Counted from the first letter of the stretch, positions 1 to 12,433 are shown. The stretch: DNA of 64,000 bases from Lama glama (GCA_028534125.1 CM052817.1:20586001-20650000), one strand, 5' to 3'. The notes: generated from the sequence alone by a model not told the origin. Program-made: numbers and translations.

Positions 1-171
1 AATCATGAGAATGGCTCATAAAATAGCATTTTCTTTCTTTTCCAGATACACATATAAGATTAAAGGGTAAAATAGTCTGAATATACTTAATTCTTTTATA
101 GTTTAGAAATATCTTGAAGCAAGATAGTACCATAGGAACATGTTTTAGTTTAAATGTTAGTTGGAATACAA

Positions 172-174
172 AAA

Positions 175-225
<51 letters not shown>

Positions 226-226
226 A
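172..226 (+). repeat. (AAAT)n tetranucleotide microsatellite
   Basis: About 13 near-perfect AAAT units read directly. Confidence 0.95.
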
Positions 227-757
227 ATATCAGTACATAGTTGTATACTCATGACGTAGGGAATAGTTCTCATAACAGGCAGTTTAGAAGTGTGTACCAA
301 GAGAGAAAGGAACATAATGTGCCCAGGTACATGCGAGGATATTTAATGTCTAGGGAGGGCATTATATTGCAAATGGTGGTCATTCACTAGGTCACTGTCA
401 GGGTGAGGCTGAGCTAAAGCAGAAATGTAAATTACTATAAAGGCCAGCTTCTATCCCCTGGGAAACACACAGACATGGTGATTACATGAAACTATCCATT
501 TATAAAAATTGTGTGTTTCTCCCAATTTGGACATATGAATCACCACATGAGAAAAGAATATTAAAACATTAATCATTGTGATAAGCAGAGGGAACCCACA
601 AAAATAGCATGTGATAAAAGGAGGAATGCATTTTTTTTTTTGGAAGTCACATTGTTTTAGCATGTTTATGCCTACAAGTGTATCAAAGCCGCTACATTTC
701 CCTACATGGTAACATACTGATAATAATTAGATTCAATATATTATAATATGTTAGAGT

Positions 758-775
758 GAGAGAGAGAGAGAGAGA
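758..775 (+). repeat. (GA)n microsatellite
   Basis: gagagagagagagagaga read directly. Confidence 0.85.
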
Positions 776-1972
776 TGATCGGTAGAATTATCACCTACAT
801 AGTCTGAGTTATAAACAGTTGTAAACACGCTAGTCTGAAGGAAAGTTAAACAGAATTCTCAGAATATGAGAAACCCAACATTTTCCATATGCACTGTCAT
901 ATTCCATTCTTTTTCTAATATTCATATTTCATGAACATTTAGTACACAGGCCTTGGGAATTTTTAAAGAGAAAAATAAATATATTCAATTTTGGTATTTG
1001 AACTATTTATCATTTAATTTACCATCAAGGCCTACTTAATTTTGTTTAAGACATGAAATTAATTTAAATCCCACCTCTTTTACTTTTGATATGCAAATAT
1101 TTTCACTTTGATGTGGTAGCAATACAAATTGAAGTTTTCAACATGAACCGCTAATGCTAATTTGATTACTTCTGTATTAGTGTTGAGTGCTACAAAAATA
1201 GCAAGAGATTGTTTAAAAAATGAAACTGGGAATGGAAGAACTCTTTCTCTGCAGGCCCTCTGCAAGGATGGTAGTATTAATGCATGTACATTAATGCTTG
1301 ATGATTCTAATAGAACCATGAATGCAATTTTGAAGACAAATAATTTAGGATTTTTTAGGAAACCTGACAGCTTGGTCCTTTATAAAAATTTGAGTTCATC
1401 AGAAAGTCCTCACTTTACTTAATAGCTCAGACAGTTTGAATCTGTTTAAAATATTTCTTGCAGATGATTTAGACAACGATTTATTTTTAGCAGTAAAGAT
1501 GTTTATCAAATATAGTGACGACAAGGTGGCTGAATTGTGAATTCAATATTTTTTGGATGGCAGTGGATCAGGCTTTTTAAAAAAGAAAGAATGAGCCTTT
1601 TAAAAAAAGATTTATTTAATTGATTTATTTGATGACATTGAAGAGATTTCTAATGACCTGTAACAAAAGCAATGATATAAATATCTTGTTGCAACTCAAG
1701 CTAAGTATACCTAAAAAGTGTTGAAAAACAATTTTTTCCCTCTTTTTAAAATAGTATTTGAAAATGGTATCTCACCATATTGAAAAATAAATATATATGT
1801 CTATCCATGATCTATAAGATACTCCCAATGGGGGAGCTGCAGTAATAACTGCCACCTGTAGTGTGCCTGCAGCGTGCATGTCGCTTGTCAGTTTATCGAT
1901 GAAATGCCTGTGTCTGTCTGTCTGTAATTTGCTTTATGCCTGAAAGTCTCTATGCTCGTTAACCTTTTACAG

Positions 1973-1999
1973 GTGCCGCACCATTCCAAGGAACTGCAG
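1973..1999 (+). CDS. Candidate 27-nt microexon of an unidentified + strand gene (GAAPFQGTA in phase 1, or VPHHSKELQ in phase 0)
   Basis: Acceptor cgttaaccttttacag| with a branch-like ttaac; donor cag|gtacta; length 3n. Upstream are TGC (1953-1955), TGCATG (1875-1880) and a (TGTC)n run. No homology check was possible. Confidence 0.45.
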
Positions 2000-3837
2000 G
2001 TACTAAAAGAATAAGCAGTACTTATAAAGGCACAGCACACTTCTGAGCAATGTTTTGGAGGCCACCTAGTGTGTTAGATATCCACAACCAAGCTAAGGAA
2101 GTAAAACACAAGAGTAGCTAATGATTGAATGAGGGCCATGTACAGTTCCTGCATATTATCCCTCGTCAGACCAAAAAAAAAAAAAAATTGATTTAAAAAA
2201 AGAGAAGGAGAGAGATTGAGAGATTTGGATCAATCATTACTTTATCAAATTATCAAAAGTTTTTCCTCAAGATGTGACTAGAAAAAATGTTTTAGAAGGT
2301 ATGCACATACTGCTGATTTTTTTTAAAAGATTCTCAATAATGTATGTGGCATATGAATATAGAAGGCAGAGATTAACTAGGTTAGAATGTTGATGAATAG
2401 AGATTAATAGGCTGATGGATCATATATAAAATTAATTACATTAAGGATTAAATACTGAACACTGACTGGTTGATTCTCTTTAAAATTGTAATAGAACTTT
2501 TTGTGCAATGTAGTCATTAAATAAGATCAAGCATTTGACTATTCCCCACTTGTGGAAATTCACAATTTGTGAATTTAGGGAGGAAAAAAGTATACAGTAA
2601 TAGCGTCAAAGAAGTGGGATAATGTTTATATGTATTACATATACGTATATAATGTATACATATATAATACATATAAACATTATTTTGTGTATATATGGTG
2701 TAGACATTTTTTCAACATGATAACAACTTTAATTCCAGAATGGTATGGCTTTGACATAAATATTCTTAACCTCCATGTGTGGAAGAAAAAGAAGAGATTC
2801 TGACTCTTTTTCATCAGTGCCTCCAAAAAACCAATTTTCTTTTTTTTGAATTAGTCACAAATTTCTTTTTCAAAATTTCTTTTACAAATGTGTCTTTTTA
2901 TATACAATGTAAAGTTTTAAAAGAATTTAAGTCGATCTACCATGGGTAAAGCCTTATTAAATAGGTATTGAATAGACTTGGGCAAACCACTTATAAAACC
3001 CAATAGTCTTATTACTGAAGTTGGTAAATGGTATTGTGATTATGGAAATCATTAATGCTATTAAAAATAATGATGTCACTGATACTGGTCTTTATCACTG
3101 AAACTGTTTTCAAGGACTGAAAATGGGGCAAAGCATAACGCGAGCCCATTTCTTAATGGGCTCACAATCTAAATTACCATCTAGCTCAACCTCCTATTTT
3201 GAAAGTGCAAACTCTTTTAAAGTCACTTATGGAAATTGTTAAGCGTAATAATTCCATCTTCTTGTTTCCATAATGAGTATAAAAACTATCTAAAATTCTT
3301 TACATATGTAATAAAGAAAATAGGGGTTGGATATAGTAAGAACAGAAGTCATTCTATTTTTCTCACTTTGAAAAAGAGGTTTTATAGATGTAAATGTTCA
3401 TTGCTTTCTTCATCTCTTCATCTCTTTCTCACCTCACACTAGTTCTTTTAATTCAGACGTCAGACTTTTCAAAAAGCTGTCTGTTTGAAGACTCTTTCTC
3501 TTCCTGGAAGCACTGAAGCCACCAATGAAATGTTATGTCTTAAATTTTATCTCCTGAAATATACCATTGGCTCATGTTAAAAGGAAACTGAGTCCTACTT
3601 CTCACCCTCCAGTCTTAATATCAGTTCTTATTTTGCCAGTCTTCATTTTCATGTAAACAGACAACTTGTCCACTGGATCCTTTACAAATAATGTGAAAAC
3701 GACAAATGGTCTATCTTATTTGGAGTGCAGGGTTATGAGAGAGGGAAAGGGGACAGGGACTGTACAAGGGGAGAGAACTAGTGTAGAACATCCTTGATAA
3801 AAGCATTGCTTTGTTAGGCCTTAGTTCCATTCAGATC

Positions 3838-3942
3838 AGTGCTCATGTGACAGGAACTGATTTTTAAAATTTTTTTTCACTCTTCATTTAAATTTCAATA
3901 GCCCCATTTGGCTAGTGGTTACCATATTGCACAGTACAGATT
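3838..3942 (+). mobile_element. hAT-Charlie DNA transposon fragment (MER3-like)
   Basis: aggaactgattttt...atttaaatttcaatagccccatttggctagtggttaccatattgcacagtacag resembles the MER3 terminus. Confidence 0.7.
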
Positions 3943-4287
3943 TAGATACTCAAGTTCTCATTTCATTTTAAAAGACAAAGATAAACTATTTTCAATTTAG
4001 CCTTTGAAGTAGACCCCAAAGAGTTAAACTGGCCATCATTCTTTTGAAGGTTCATTATTCCTTTTGTTAATTTCATATAACTTATCTTGGCTTCTGTAGT
4101 TTTCAACTACTCCTTCATTGAATATAATTAAAATGTATCTTGCAAGTTAGGATTACAGACATATGTATATATGTGTATATATACAATTTACATATTAATT
4201 ATATATATAATTTTCTTTATTACTGGAATTTCAATAAACATATATAAAGATTGTTATGGAAATTAGCCATGGCCTTAACACTTCCCT

Positions 4288-4526
4288 TGTGTGATGGTTA
4301 AGGTCATGGCTTTGAAGTCAAATAGACATGGGATTAAGTTCTAGTTCTGCAACCAGCTGAGTGATCTTGAGCAAAGAACTAAGCTTCTTAAGTTCTCATT
4401 TGCTCCATGGGTTGAGGTAAGAATGCTTCATGTGTTGTAGCATTGTGGTGGAGATTAAATGAGCTAGTACTACAAAGCACGGAGCATTGTACTTGTCTCA
4501 TAGTGTTTGTTCAGTAAATGTCAGCA
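4288..4526 (+). mobile_element. MIR SINE
   Basis: gtgatggttaaggtcatggctttgaagtca...gtgatcttgagcaa...gagattaaatgag...ttcagtaaatgtcagc follows the MIR consensus order. Confidence 0.8.
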
Positions 4527-5260
4527 TGTGAGCCAGTCTCATTCCTAATGCTGCATATGAATAAAGGTGTCAGAATGAACTTTGTTTCTTTTATGTGGCT
4601 GACAATGGATAATCCCCAACCCAGCTGAACACAAACAGTGCCGATGGGTTTTAGTACTTTTTTCTCCACTGACTACACAAAGATACAGCGTGATCTTACA
4701 GAATATCTCAGTGTAACAAGATTCTTAAACACTTTGGAGAAAATGGTACTATTTTCAAGTGTTAAAAGAATCGTCCCAAGGAAAGAGATGCTTCTTTTAA
4801 GACTTGAAAATAGTATCATTGAGCTTCTAGCTTTTGCTCTTGAATAGTGAAACTGTGGAGCCATGTACCTGTTGGTTTTCAGATGGGGCCAATTTCTTTA
4901 TTACAGCCAAAGTTAGGGAAAGGTTCTTGTCATTTGAGAGGCCTTCAATCTATGATCTTACAAATGACATCAGCTGAAAGGGAAGGACCTGACACTACCA
5001 ACTGTAATGGGAAAAAAATGACTAACACTAAAATACGTATAGTAAGTTCTTCATCCTCAGTCCCCCAACTACTGTCATTAATGTCAAGGCTCGGTGAGGG
5101 CAATTATCCCACTCTTTTTTTGGCAAACAGTCCCCAGACATCAAACTGCCCTTCCTAAGATGTTCACTTCCTGTCACTTCAGCTGAATGTAAAGGTGGAG
5201 GAGTGGAACTGCGTGCCAGTCTATGCTGCTTCTGACCCTAGTTTCTGCTTTTCCCATTAG

Positions 5261-5376
5261 GAGATCCTGTGTGGGTGGATACTGTACTTGCCATTATTTT
5301 TTTAAGTAAATCTAAGAAACAAAGTGTTCACATACTTTGCAATCGGATTATAGTGTTTTCCCCTTTCCAAAGTGAG
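5261..5376 (+). other. Candidate exon (strong acceptor; open in phase 1)
   Basis: Branch-like tctgacc plus tttctgcttttcccattag|; donor gag|gtatgt; phase-1 reading xDPVWVDTVLAIIFLSKSKKQSVHILCNRIIVFSPFQSE has no stop. Confidence 0.25.
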
Positions 5377-5866
5377 GTATGTGCCTGTGAGTCTAATGCA
5401 CCTTTTAACTAGACTGAATTGAAATAGAGAGGGAAGGAACCATTGGAGTGGCAAGATACATGGAGACTGATAATAATGATGATGAATAACATCATTATAA
5501 AGCATAAAACTTTGTTAATTGTAAGGAAAGCCTGTTCCTAACATAAATATTAGACAATTGTCAAAAAGTAGTATGCCCACATCTGGGCATCAGCCATACT
5601 GTCTTAGGTTTTGTTACAGCCTTATAAGAAAAGCAAATTAAAGCCAGGTCAGAGGAAAAAGAACTTGTAGGTTTATTTTTTATATTTTTTACAGGAAAGA
5701 AAATATTTTAAGAGTTTTGAAGAACACCATCAATTTAAGGTTTTTGCCAAATAGTGATGACCCTTAAAAAAAAAGTCTAAGTTTGGAAGATTTAGTTCAA
5801 TGTAAATTCAATAGAAGATTGGGATAAAATTAAAGTGAAAAACAAAACTGCTATGATGCCCACCAA

Positions 5867-5914
5867 ATGTTTAGAAGAGGGTGGCTCTGTATGTTTAGAA
5901 GAGGGTGGCTCTGT
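5867..5914 (+). repeat. Perfect 24-bp tandem duplication
   Basis: atgtttagaagagggtggctctgt at 5867-5890 and 5891-5914. Confidence 0.95.
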
Positions 5915-6917
5915 ATAGATGTATGTTCATGGTTTATAACATCCCACTAATGTGTGAGTCTGGAAACTAGAAAAGTTAAAAAAAAAAAAAGCTAGGTTGG
6001 TAGCTATTTGGATAGAATTTATACATAGGTAGTGAAAAAGACTGTGTTGACTGCCTAGTTGATATTTTCAAACATCAGTATACTTAAAATTCTGGTAGAA
6101 GTATCAGCTCTATTTAGAAAAACAAGCATAACGGGGAAAAAATCCTACTACCCACTTAGGTTGAAATAAAAATTCTCAGAATTATCAATTCTCATAGGCT
6201 GCAGTTACTTATTATCTTTCTGTAAAATGTCTATTTAAATCTCGTTAAGAACAAACTGTGCAGTTTATGTAGATTATTGCAAATTATAAGCAATTGGAAA
6301 TCTGTAGAATTTAGCTAGCCTGGGAAATGATGGTCTGATGTACCTGTGTTTTCACGTGCAATACTCTGGCTATTTCGGCTTCCTATCTGAGCAGACACCA
6401 TGACCTGTGACAGCTTTGGAGCAGCTATGCTGTGATATGAATAAGCAGCTGTTCAGAAAAGATGTAAAGAAGCGAACTCATTATACTGTAGCTTGTTTTG
6501 CACTAGAAAACTTTGATTCCTAGCTTTTAAGAGTGAAAACAGTAGGTAAAAGGAAATTCAAATTGGGAAAGATGATAAAAAACAAATTTGTGTGAGACTC
6601 AAAGATCGGCTTTCAGACATACCCACCTAAATGCATGAAAGATATGTAAATATCATACATTGCTACTTAGTTATTTGAAAACAGTTCATTGGTTGAGATG
6701 GTCCTGTTAACATTTACGTTTTTGTGTTTATGTTTGGACTGTTTGTGCAATGTCTTGATGAAGTCAAAGTATGTACACTTTGAAATATATAAAGAAATCA
6801 CTCTTCTTTATTAAAAACAGATACAATATTAATATTAGAGTTTTTTAATCCCATAGATATATTCAAAGCCATCCCAAAATTGACTTTAGAATACTAAGGC
6901 ATCTTAATACTTAGATT

Positions 6918-7245
6918 TGTATCGCCCAATACAGCAGCCACTAGCCAGTTATGACAATTGAGCAATTATTACGTGGTTAGTCCAAATTGAGTTGTGCTGT
7001 AACACAGAGATCAGATTTAGAAGGCTTCGTACAAATAAAAAGAATGTAAAACATCTCATTAACAATTCCATATTGATTCTGTATTGATACCAAAATATCT
7101 TAGATATTTTGGGTTGAATAAACACATCATTAGAGTCAATGTCACTTGTTTCTTTTTTTTTTAAATATAGTCACAAGGATATTTTTAATTATGTTTATGG
7201 TGGCTTACACATGATTTGAATTATATATTCCTATTGGCATTGATG
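6918..7245 (+). mobile_element. hAT-Charlie MITE (MER33-like), near full length
   Basis: ccaatacagcagccactagcca...gtggttagtccaaattgag...aagaatgtaaaacatctcattaa...tcctattgg matches the MER33 layout with degenerate terminal inverted repeats. Confidence 0.8.
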
Positions 7246-7320
7246 TAGATAGCATTTATCCTTCAACACAAAAGAGAAGTTCTGTAGTTTAGAGATAAAC
7301 AATGAAGCAAGTGTATGTAT

Positions 7321-7729
7321 GTGTATGTTTCTTTTCTATTGCTGCTTTAATGAATTTTAACACAAACTTAGTGGCTTTAAACAATACAAATTTACTATCT
7401 TACAGTTCTGGACATCAGAAGTCCAGAGTGGAGCTCACTGGGCAAAAATCAAAGTATCAGGAAGGCTATATTCCTTTTGGAGGCTCTAGGGTAGAATCCC
7501 TTTTTTGCCTTTTCTTCACACATTCTTTTTCTAGTGACCTCATTCTTCCATCTTCAAAGCAACATGGGACAAATACTTCTAAGACTGTCATCTCTCCAGT
7601 TCTCTCTCTGCCTCCCTCCTTCTTCTACTTATAAGGACCGTATGGTTAGGTCCATCTAGATAATCCAGGATAATCTTCCTATCTCAAGGTCAAGTGATCT
7701 GCCACTTTAAGCCTCCCCTTGCCATTAAC
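7321..7729 (-). mobile_element. MaLR LTR (MLT1C/D-like), cut off by the gap
   Basis: cacaaacttagtggctttaaacaatacaaatttactatcttacagttctgga...ggaggctctagggtagaatcc...ataatccaggataatct is the typical MLT1 reverse-orientation pattern. Confidence 0.85.
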
Positions 7730-7829
7730 NNNNNNNNNNNNNNNNNNNNNNNNNNNNNNNNNNNNNNNNNNNNNNNNNNNNNNNNNNNNNNNNNNNNNNN
7801 NNNNNNNNNNNNNNNNNNNNNNNNNNNNN
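7730..7829. other. Assembly gap (100 N)
   Basis: Exactly 100 n characters, a typical unknown-size gap placeholder. Confidence 1.
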
Positions 7830-7885
7830 TTTCTTTCTTTCTTTCTTTCTTTTTCTTTCTTTCTTTCTTTCTTTTTCTTTCTTTC
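7830..7885 (+). repeat. (TTTC)n microsatellite abutting the gap
   Basis: tttctttctttctttc... read directly; a likely cause of the gap. Confidence 0.9.
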
Positions 7886-8122
7886 ATTTTTCTCTCCATT
7901 TCACACCAAAAAAATTAATGTTTTTCATCAAACATTTTCCTTTTGGTACTACTTACCATTTTAAGTCTCGTAAAAGCTCCAGATAGTTTTTGTCTCACCC
8001 AAATACTCATAGCCAAAGGCCAGTACATGATGACATAGAAAAACTAAGTTGTTCATTGTCTGTAGGTGGGTCTAATTAGGGAGAACCCCTCAGCCTTTGG
8101 AGTCATTTGCTTCGCCCCTCAG

Positions 8123-8176
8123 GTAGAGCAATGACCGGCACCACAGCAGTATCAGAAGGGACTGTGAATTCCAGCG
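8123..8176 (+). CDS. Candidate 54-nt exon (phase 1: GRAMTGTTAVSEGTVNSS; alternative AG gives start 8127)
   Basis: Acceptor tttgcttcgcccctcag|; strong donor gcg|gtgagc; length 3n; GC-richer than flanks; phase-compatible with 1973-1999. Confidence 0.45.
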
Positions 8177-9125
8177 GTGAGCACATTTGTCAGCATGGAT
8201 AGAAGGAGTAGAACTTTCATAAAAAAGAAAAGGCTTTGAAACAAAGCCAAATAAAGGAAAGAGGCAAAGTACTTCTCTGCCTCTCCAAGAGATTTTGTTA
8301 GTTTAGCACACCTGCTCAGACCTTTTGAGATTGTCTTGGGACACTTCTGAGATTGGAAAGTGGGTTCCCCAAGAACCGGTAGGAGCACAGCAGCAGTCTG
8401 TGACTTCTTTTCACCTTGTCAGATAAATGGAAAAACTCAGTCTTGTTTTTAAAGTGTAGTGGATTAGACACAGTTTCACCATGGCTTGTATAATACTGGA
8501 GGCTAACAAAGCTTACTTGTAAGGTAATTGATGAGTGGTGCTTAGGGGTCAGAATTTGCCTGCTGCAGTTTTACACAAAATGATTCAAAGACTTTTCCAA
8601 AGGTTATAATCCATGGCCTTAAATGAAACCCATCTTTTAACATATTATACTCCCCATTGCAATATTTAAATTGCTTTCTTCTTTGCAGCAATGAAAATGG
8701 TTTGACTAGACTTAGAAAACTATTAATTTATCCTGTCTATTGGACAAAGCTAAATTGGCTACTAACTGCCACAGAGATGTAACAATAAAATCAGTGAACT
8801 CTAAACATGATGATTTAAATACATGCTGCATATTTTTATGCAAGGGAAACAGCCTGAGCAAACGGAAGAGCGTGGTAGATGAACACTATATGGCAAAGCT
8901 GATTTTCTTGCTCTCTGGCTAGTGGCATACTATTGGAGAGATTCAAGAGATGTTAGTTAGTTGGATAATTTTATCGGACTTGTGTTTTTCACTTATTAAA
9001 ATTGTACAGGAGAGTGGATGGGGATGGGAAAGGTGATGACTGATGTTTTCTGTAGTTGTCTGTCCAAGGCAGGAGGCAAGCATGATGCAATAGCTATGGA
9101 CCAGGAGTGAAAGGATGCGCTAGAC

Positions 9126-9445
9126 TAGTGCTTCTCAAAATGTGGTCCTCAGATCAGATGCATTGTCATCACTGGGCAACTTACTAAAAATGCTGATTGT
9201 CCGGGGCTCCATCGCAGACTTATTGAATCAAAAACTCTAATGCGGGATCCAGCAACCTGTTTTTATTTTAGCTTAATTGAGGTGTTACTGACGTACAAAA
9301 AATTGCACATGTTCAACATGTTGTTAAGTTTGGACATATACCATCACCACAACCAAGGCGGTAAACATGTTTATGACCTCCAGCTACTCATGTTTTAACA
9401 AGTCTTCCAGGGAATCTGAGGCACATTAATATTTGAAGACAAAGC
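9126..9445 (+). mobile_element. MER5A DNA transposon split into two halves (9126-9260, 9391-9445)
   Basis: tagtgcttctcaaaatgtggtcc...agacttattgaatcaaaaactct...ccagcaacctg resumes as tgttttaacaagtcttccagggaatctg after an insert. Confidence 0.75.
9261..9390 (-). mobile_element. Old L1 3'-end fragment nested in MER5A
   Basis: tttagcttaattgaggtg...tacaaaaaattgcacatgtt...accatcaccacaaccaag is L1M 3' UTR in reverse; flanked by tgtttt on both sides. Confidence 0.7.
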
Positions 9446-9814
9446 CTTAAAGATGTATTTTCAGAGTTAAAATAGAATTAAACAATTAATTAGACTTGGG
9501 GTAAACAGGATGGAGGAATCAGGAGTTGTTAAATTTATATTATAGGCAACTCAGTGGGGAGAGTGGTATTATTAAATGAGATAGGATATATGAGATGAGA
9601 GTTAGGTTAGTCCAAAAAGGATACTTTTGAAAATATTTAATTGTCAAAGAAGCTGTCATTACAAAAAAAATAATATATATATAGGTCTCTGGTCAAATGT
9701 TAGGCATTGGTCTTGGTTAGACCAATTTTGGTCTTCATTGAACTGGAGACTTATTAATTTGTAGTTTTCCTCTACAGAGAAGGAGCCTGGATAGATACTG
9801 GAACACCATTAGAA

Positions 9815-10050
9815 CGTGTGGTATCGAGGAAAGAGCCTTGGACTGGGGGTCAGAGGACCTGAACTATGGCTATAACCTAGAACATCTGTAACACTGCCCA
9901 GCTATAAACACTAGTCCTATTACCTATGGAAAGTCACTTCTCAGAGTTCTATGTTTTTATTTGTGTTTCTTTTTTTTAATTTTTCCCCACTAGGAAATAT
10001 TGCCTATATTTCATAATTATTGTAAAAAAATAATGTGTGCAAAACATAAC
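9815..10050 (+). mobile_element. MIR SINE (degenerate)
   Basis: gtggtatcgaggaaagagccttggactgggggtcagaggacctg...ggaaagtcactt. Confidence 0.6.
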
Positions 10051-12319
10051 ACAGTATAAATGGTAAATTCTTTCTCCCTTCTCAGCTGTTTGCTAATTAC
10101 ACAGCATTTCCTTGGCAAAACCCAAAAATCTGACTGAGCATTAGTGAATTAGGGGGAATGAAGATGGAGGAGAGAGAAAAATATTTCTCAGGATATCCTC
10201 AGCCATGCAGAAGAAATCAAGACCAAATAGTTACTTGGAAATTTATTTGAATAGTGCATTCCTAATATAGCCTCACAGAGTCAGTTTCCGAGAGAAAATG
10301 CTTGAGCAATATAACTGAAAATACTTACCAAGGCATGGCAGAAAAAGTGGCTAAGTTTCCTTTGGAGAGACTTGGGACCAAAAGATATATTACATTTGAA
10401 ATATAAAATGGCAATGCACTGTAATGTTTTGCTATCAGCTACACCAATTAATGCAGATGATGCTAATTAAAACCAAATTTAGAGAGTGATTAGGTTCTTT
10501 CACCATTGTTAGGGAGAATTGATTCTTCTATAGATCTAATATGTTCAAGTAAGAAGTTAATGATATATTGATGTATTTTAAAGCACCTAATTTAGATTAT
10601 AATTCTGAGGAAAACATTTGTGTTAATACTGAATATTAAATGACAAACGTTTTCTCTTGGAAAAGAAATGGCACCATTTGTGTAACCCTAGAGCAAGGCA
10701 CATGTTGATGTTTCAAATAAATTATTGTGTATGGCTGCATAATCTCAATTTTAGTCTTAGAAAACTTATAATACAAGCACTCTGTTGCACATGTGCTCAT
10801 TTATGTGGCAGTATACAGCTGTGTGTGGCATAATAACTTTATTGAACAAAATTATGTGCTGTAGAACTTGCTGCAAAAATTTCATGGTCCCATCTGGACT
10901 AGCTTTGCAATCGAGAAGGCTGAAGTGGGCAAAGATTTTTACAGAATTACAGAAAACAGCAGTAGCTGTCTGCTGTCAATTTTAACATTTAGAAAATAAT
11001 GCCAGTAGGTGTTCAAACTAGTAGGGTGTCTTTTTCAGACCCAAAAGGGGTTTTCAATTTGGAGCAAAGGCACTCTCACTATATGAAAGCCCCTAAATAG
11101 AGACAGACATCTGGTTCGTATCTAAATGTATTGGACTTCATTTATAATGCTCCTAAAATCTTGTATCTTAAACACAACAAACCAGTTGATTCTTATATTT
11201 CACCAAGATAGGCAGTTAAAATAGCTATGATCCTGAAAAATTATTTTCTGAGGGCTTACCTTTGGCTAATGTGATAAACGATTTAGTGATGCTATCTATT
11301 TTTTATGAGGAAAAGAGGAAAAGTTTAAAGGATGAGGTAGAGTAAATGGCAGGACACAGCATTCATTGCTCTTACGAGTATCTTCCATCTTTCTTTCCTT
11401 CTCATTCTCCTTGCCTCCCTCCCTTCCTTTCTCCCAAACAAAATATGACACAAGGAAAAAAGAAAGAAAGAAAAGAAAAAGAAACAGCACAAGGTCCATC
11501 TATTTAAAATCTAGTGAAAGTGAGTTTAGAATGAGAAAATAGTGTATTCCTAGAAGGTAGTTCTTATGTCTAGCACAGTGGTAACAACCATTATAATTGC
11601 CTTCAGTGTTGACTAATCTTTATACTGTGATGGTGTATTTTATGTATTTTGAGGTCTACATATGTACTAGATATACACTTTTATAAAGATGGGGAAACTT
11701 CAGGAAATACATTAATTACATGGTGAAACTAGGGTTGTGAGCAGTAGTAGTGTGGACAAAAGTAAGTTGATGGTAAAAATCTGTCTTGAATAATTACTTA
11801 AAACGAATAGAAGCTATTTTCAAAGATTATAGTAAGGGCAAGTTGGCTAGATATTAAACCACTTGTAACAAAAGCCTGTGGGTTAAAAAAAAAATTCCAT
11901 GAAATGTTCCACAGCCTGACTCCTATGTTCTCATTAAAAAATATTAAATTAAGCAAAACCAGGTAATATATTTTGATTCAAAAAACAAAATAAAAAGACA
12001 AATATTGTGTATTTGTACATATGCTTTTGAAATTTTCTTTAGAATATATTTTAAAATAGTTTAAATTTTAGTTTGTTTCATAAAACATTAAACATATGCT
12101 TATCCATGCATAATGAATAAGTGTAACAGAGCATGTTTTATGTATGTGTGTATATATATATTTATTTATAATCAATGTACAAATATACTCACATATATGA
12201 GGAGCGCTTTTACTGAATCAGACCTCAAATCTTGTTAACCATGTGATGGTTTTTATGTGTATAGTTACCTGCCTGATGCGTTTGATGATCATCATATATT
12301 TTTTTTCTCAAATCTGTAG

Positions 12320-12433
12320 GGACCCACAAACTCCTAGTCTATTCGCGGTTCACACACACATTTACCAGCATGGATTTACATTTTAAAAGGAAGTTAAAAA
12401 GCACACCTACTAACACAGCCATTAAATCATGAG
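12320..12433 (+). other. Candidate stop-containing (penultimate or terminal) exon
   Basis: Acceptor tttttttctcaaatctgtag|; strong donor gag|gtgagg. All three phases stop: GPTNS*; GTHKLLVYSRFTHTFTSMDLHFKRKLKSTPTNTAIKS*; DPQTPSLFAVHTHIYQHGFTF*. Confidence 0.45.

Larger units (their letters stand above)
9050..9620 (-). mobile_element. Degenerate L2 LINE fragment interrupted by MER5A
   Basis: Purine-rich L2-like text on both sides of the MER5A (ggatggaggaatcagga...gcaactcagtggggagagtggtattattaaatgagatagga). Confidence 0.4.

Noticed and set aside
1464..1525. Possible exon (ttcttgcag|...aag|gtggct; DDLDNDLFLAVKMFIKYSDDK)
   Set aside because: Short pyrimidine tract and weak donor; not distinguishable from a pseudo-exon without data.
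3142..3163. Perfect 9-bp hairpin gagcccatt-tctt-aatgggctc
   Set aside because: A 9-bp stem is expected by chance in 64 kb and is too short for a miRNA or MITE.
7302..7634. 110-aa ORF
   Set aside because: Lies within an MLT1 LTR.
7690..7964. ORFs containing X runs
   Set aside because: Artefacts of the N gap and the (TTTC)n repeat.
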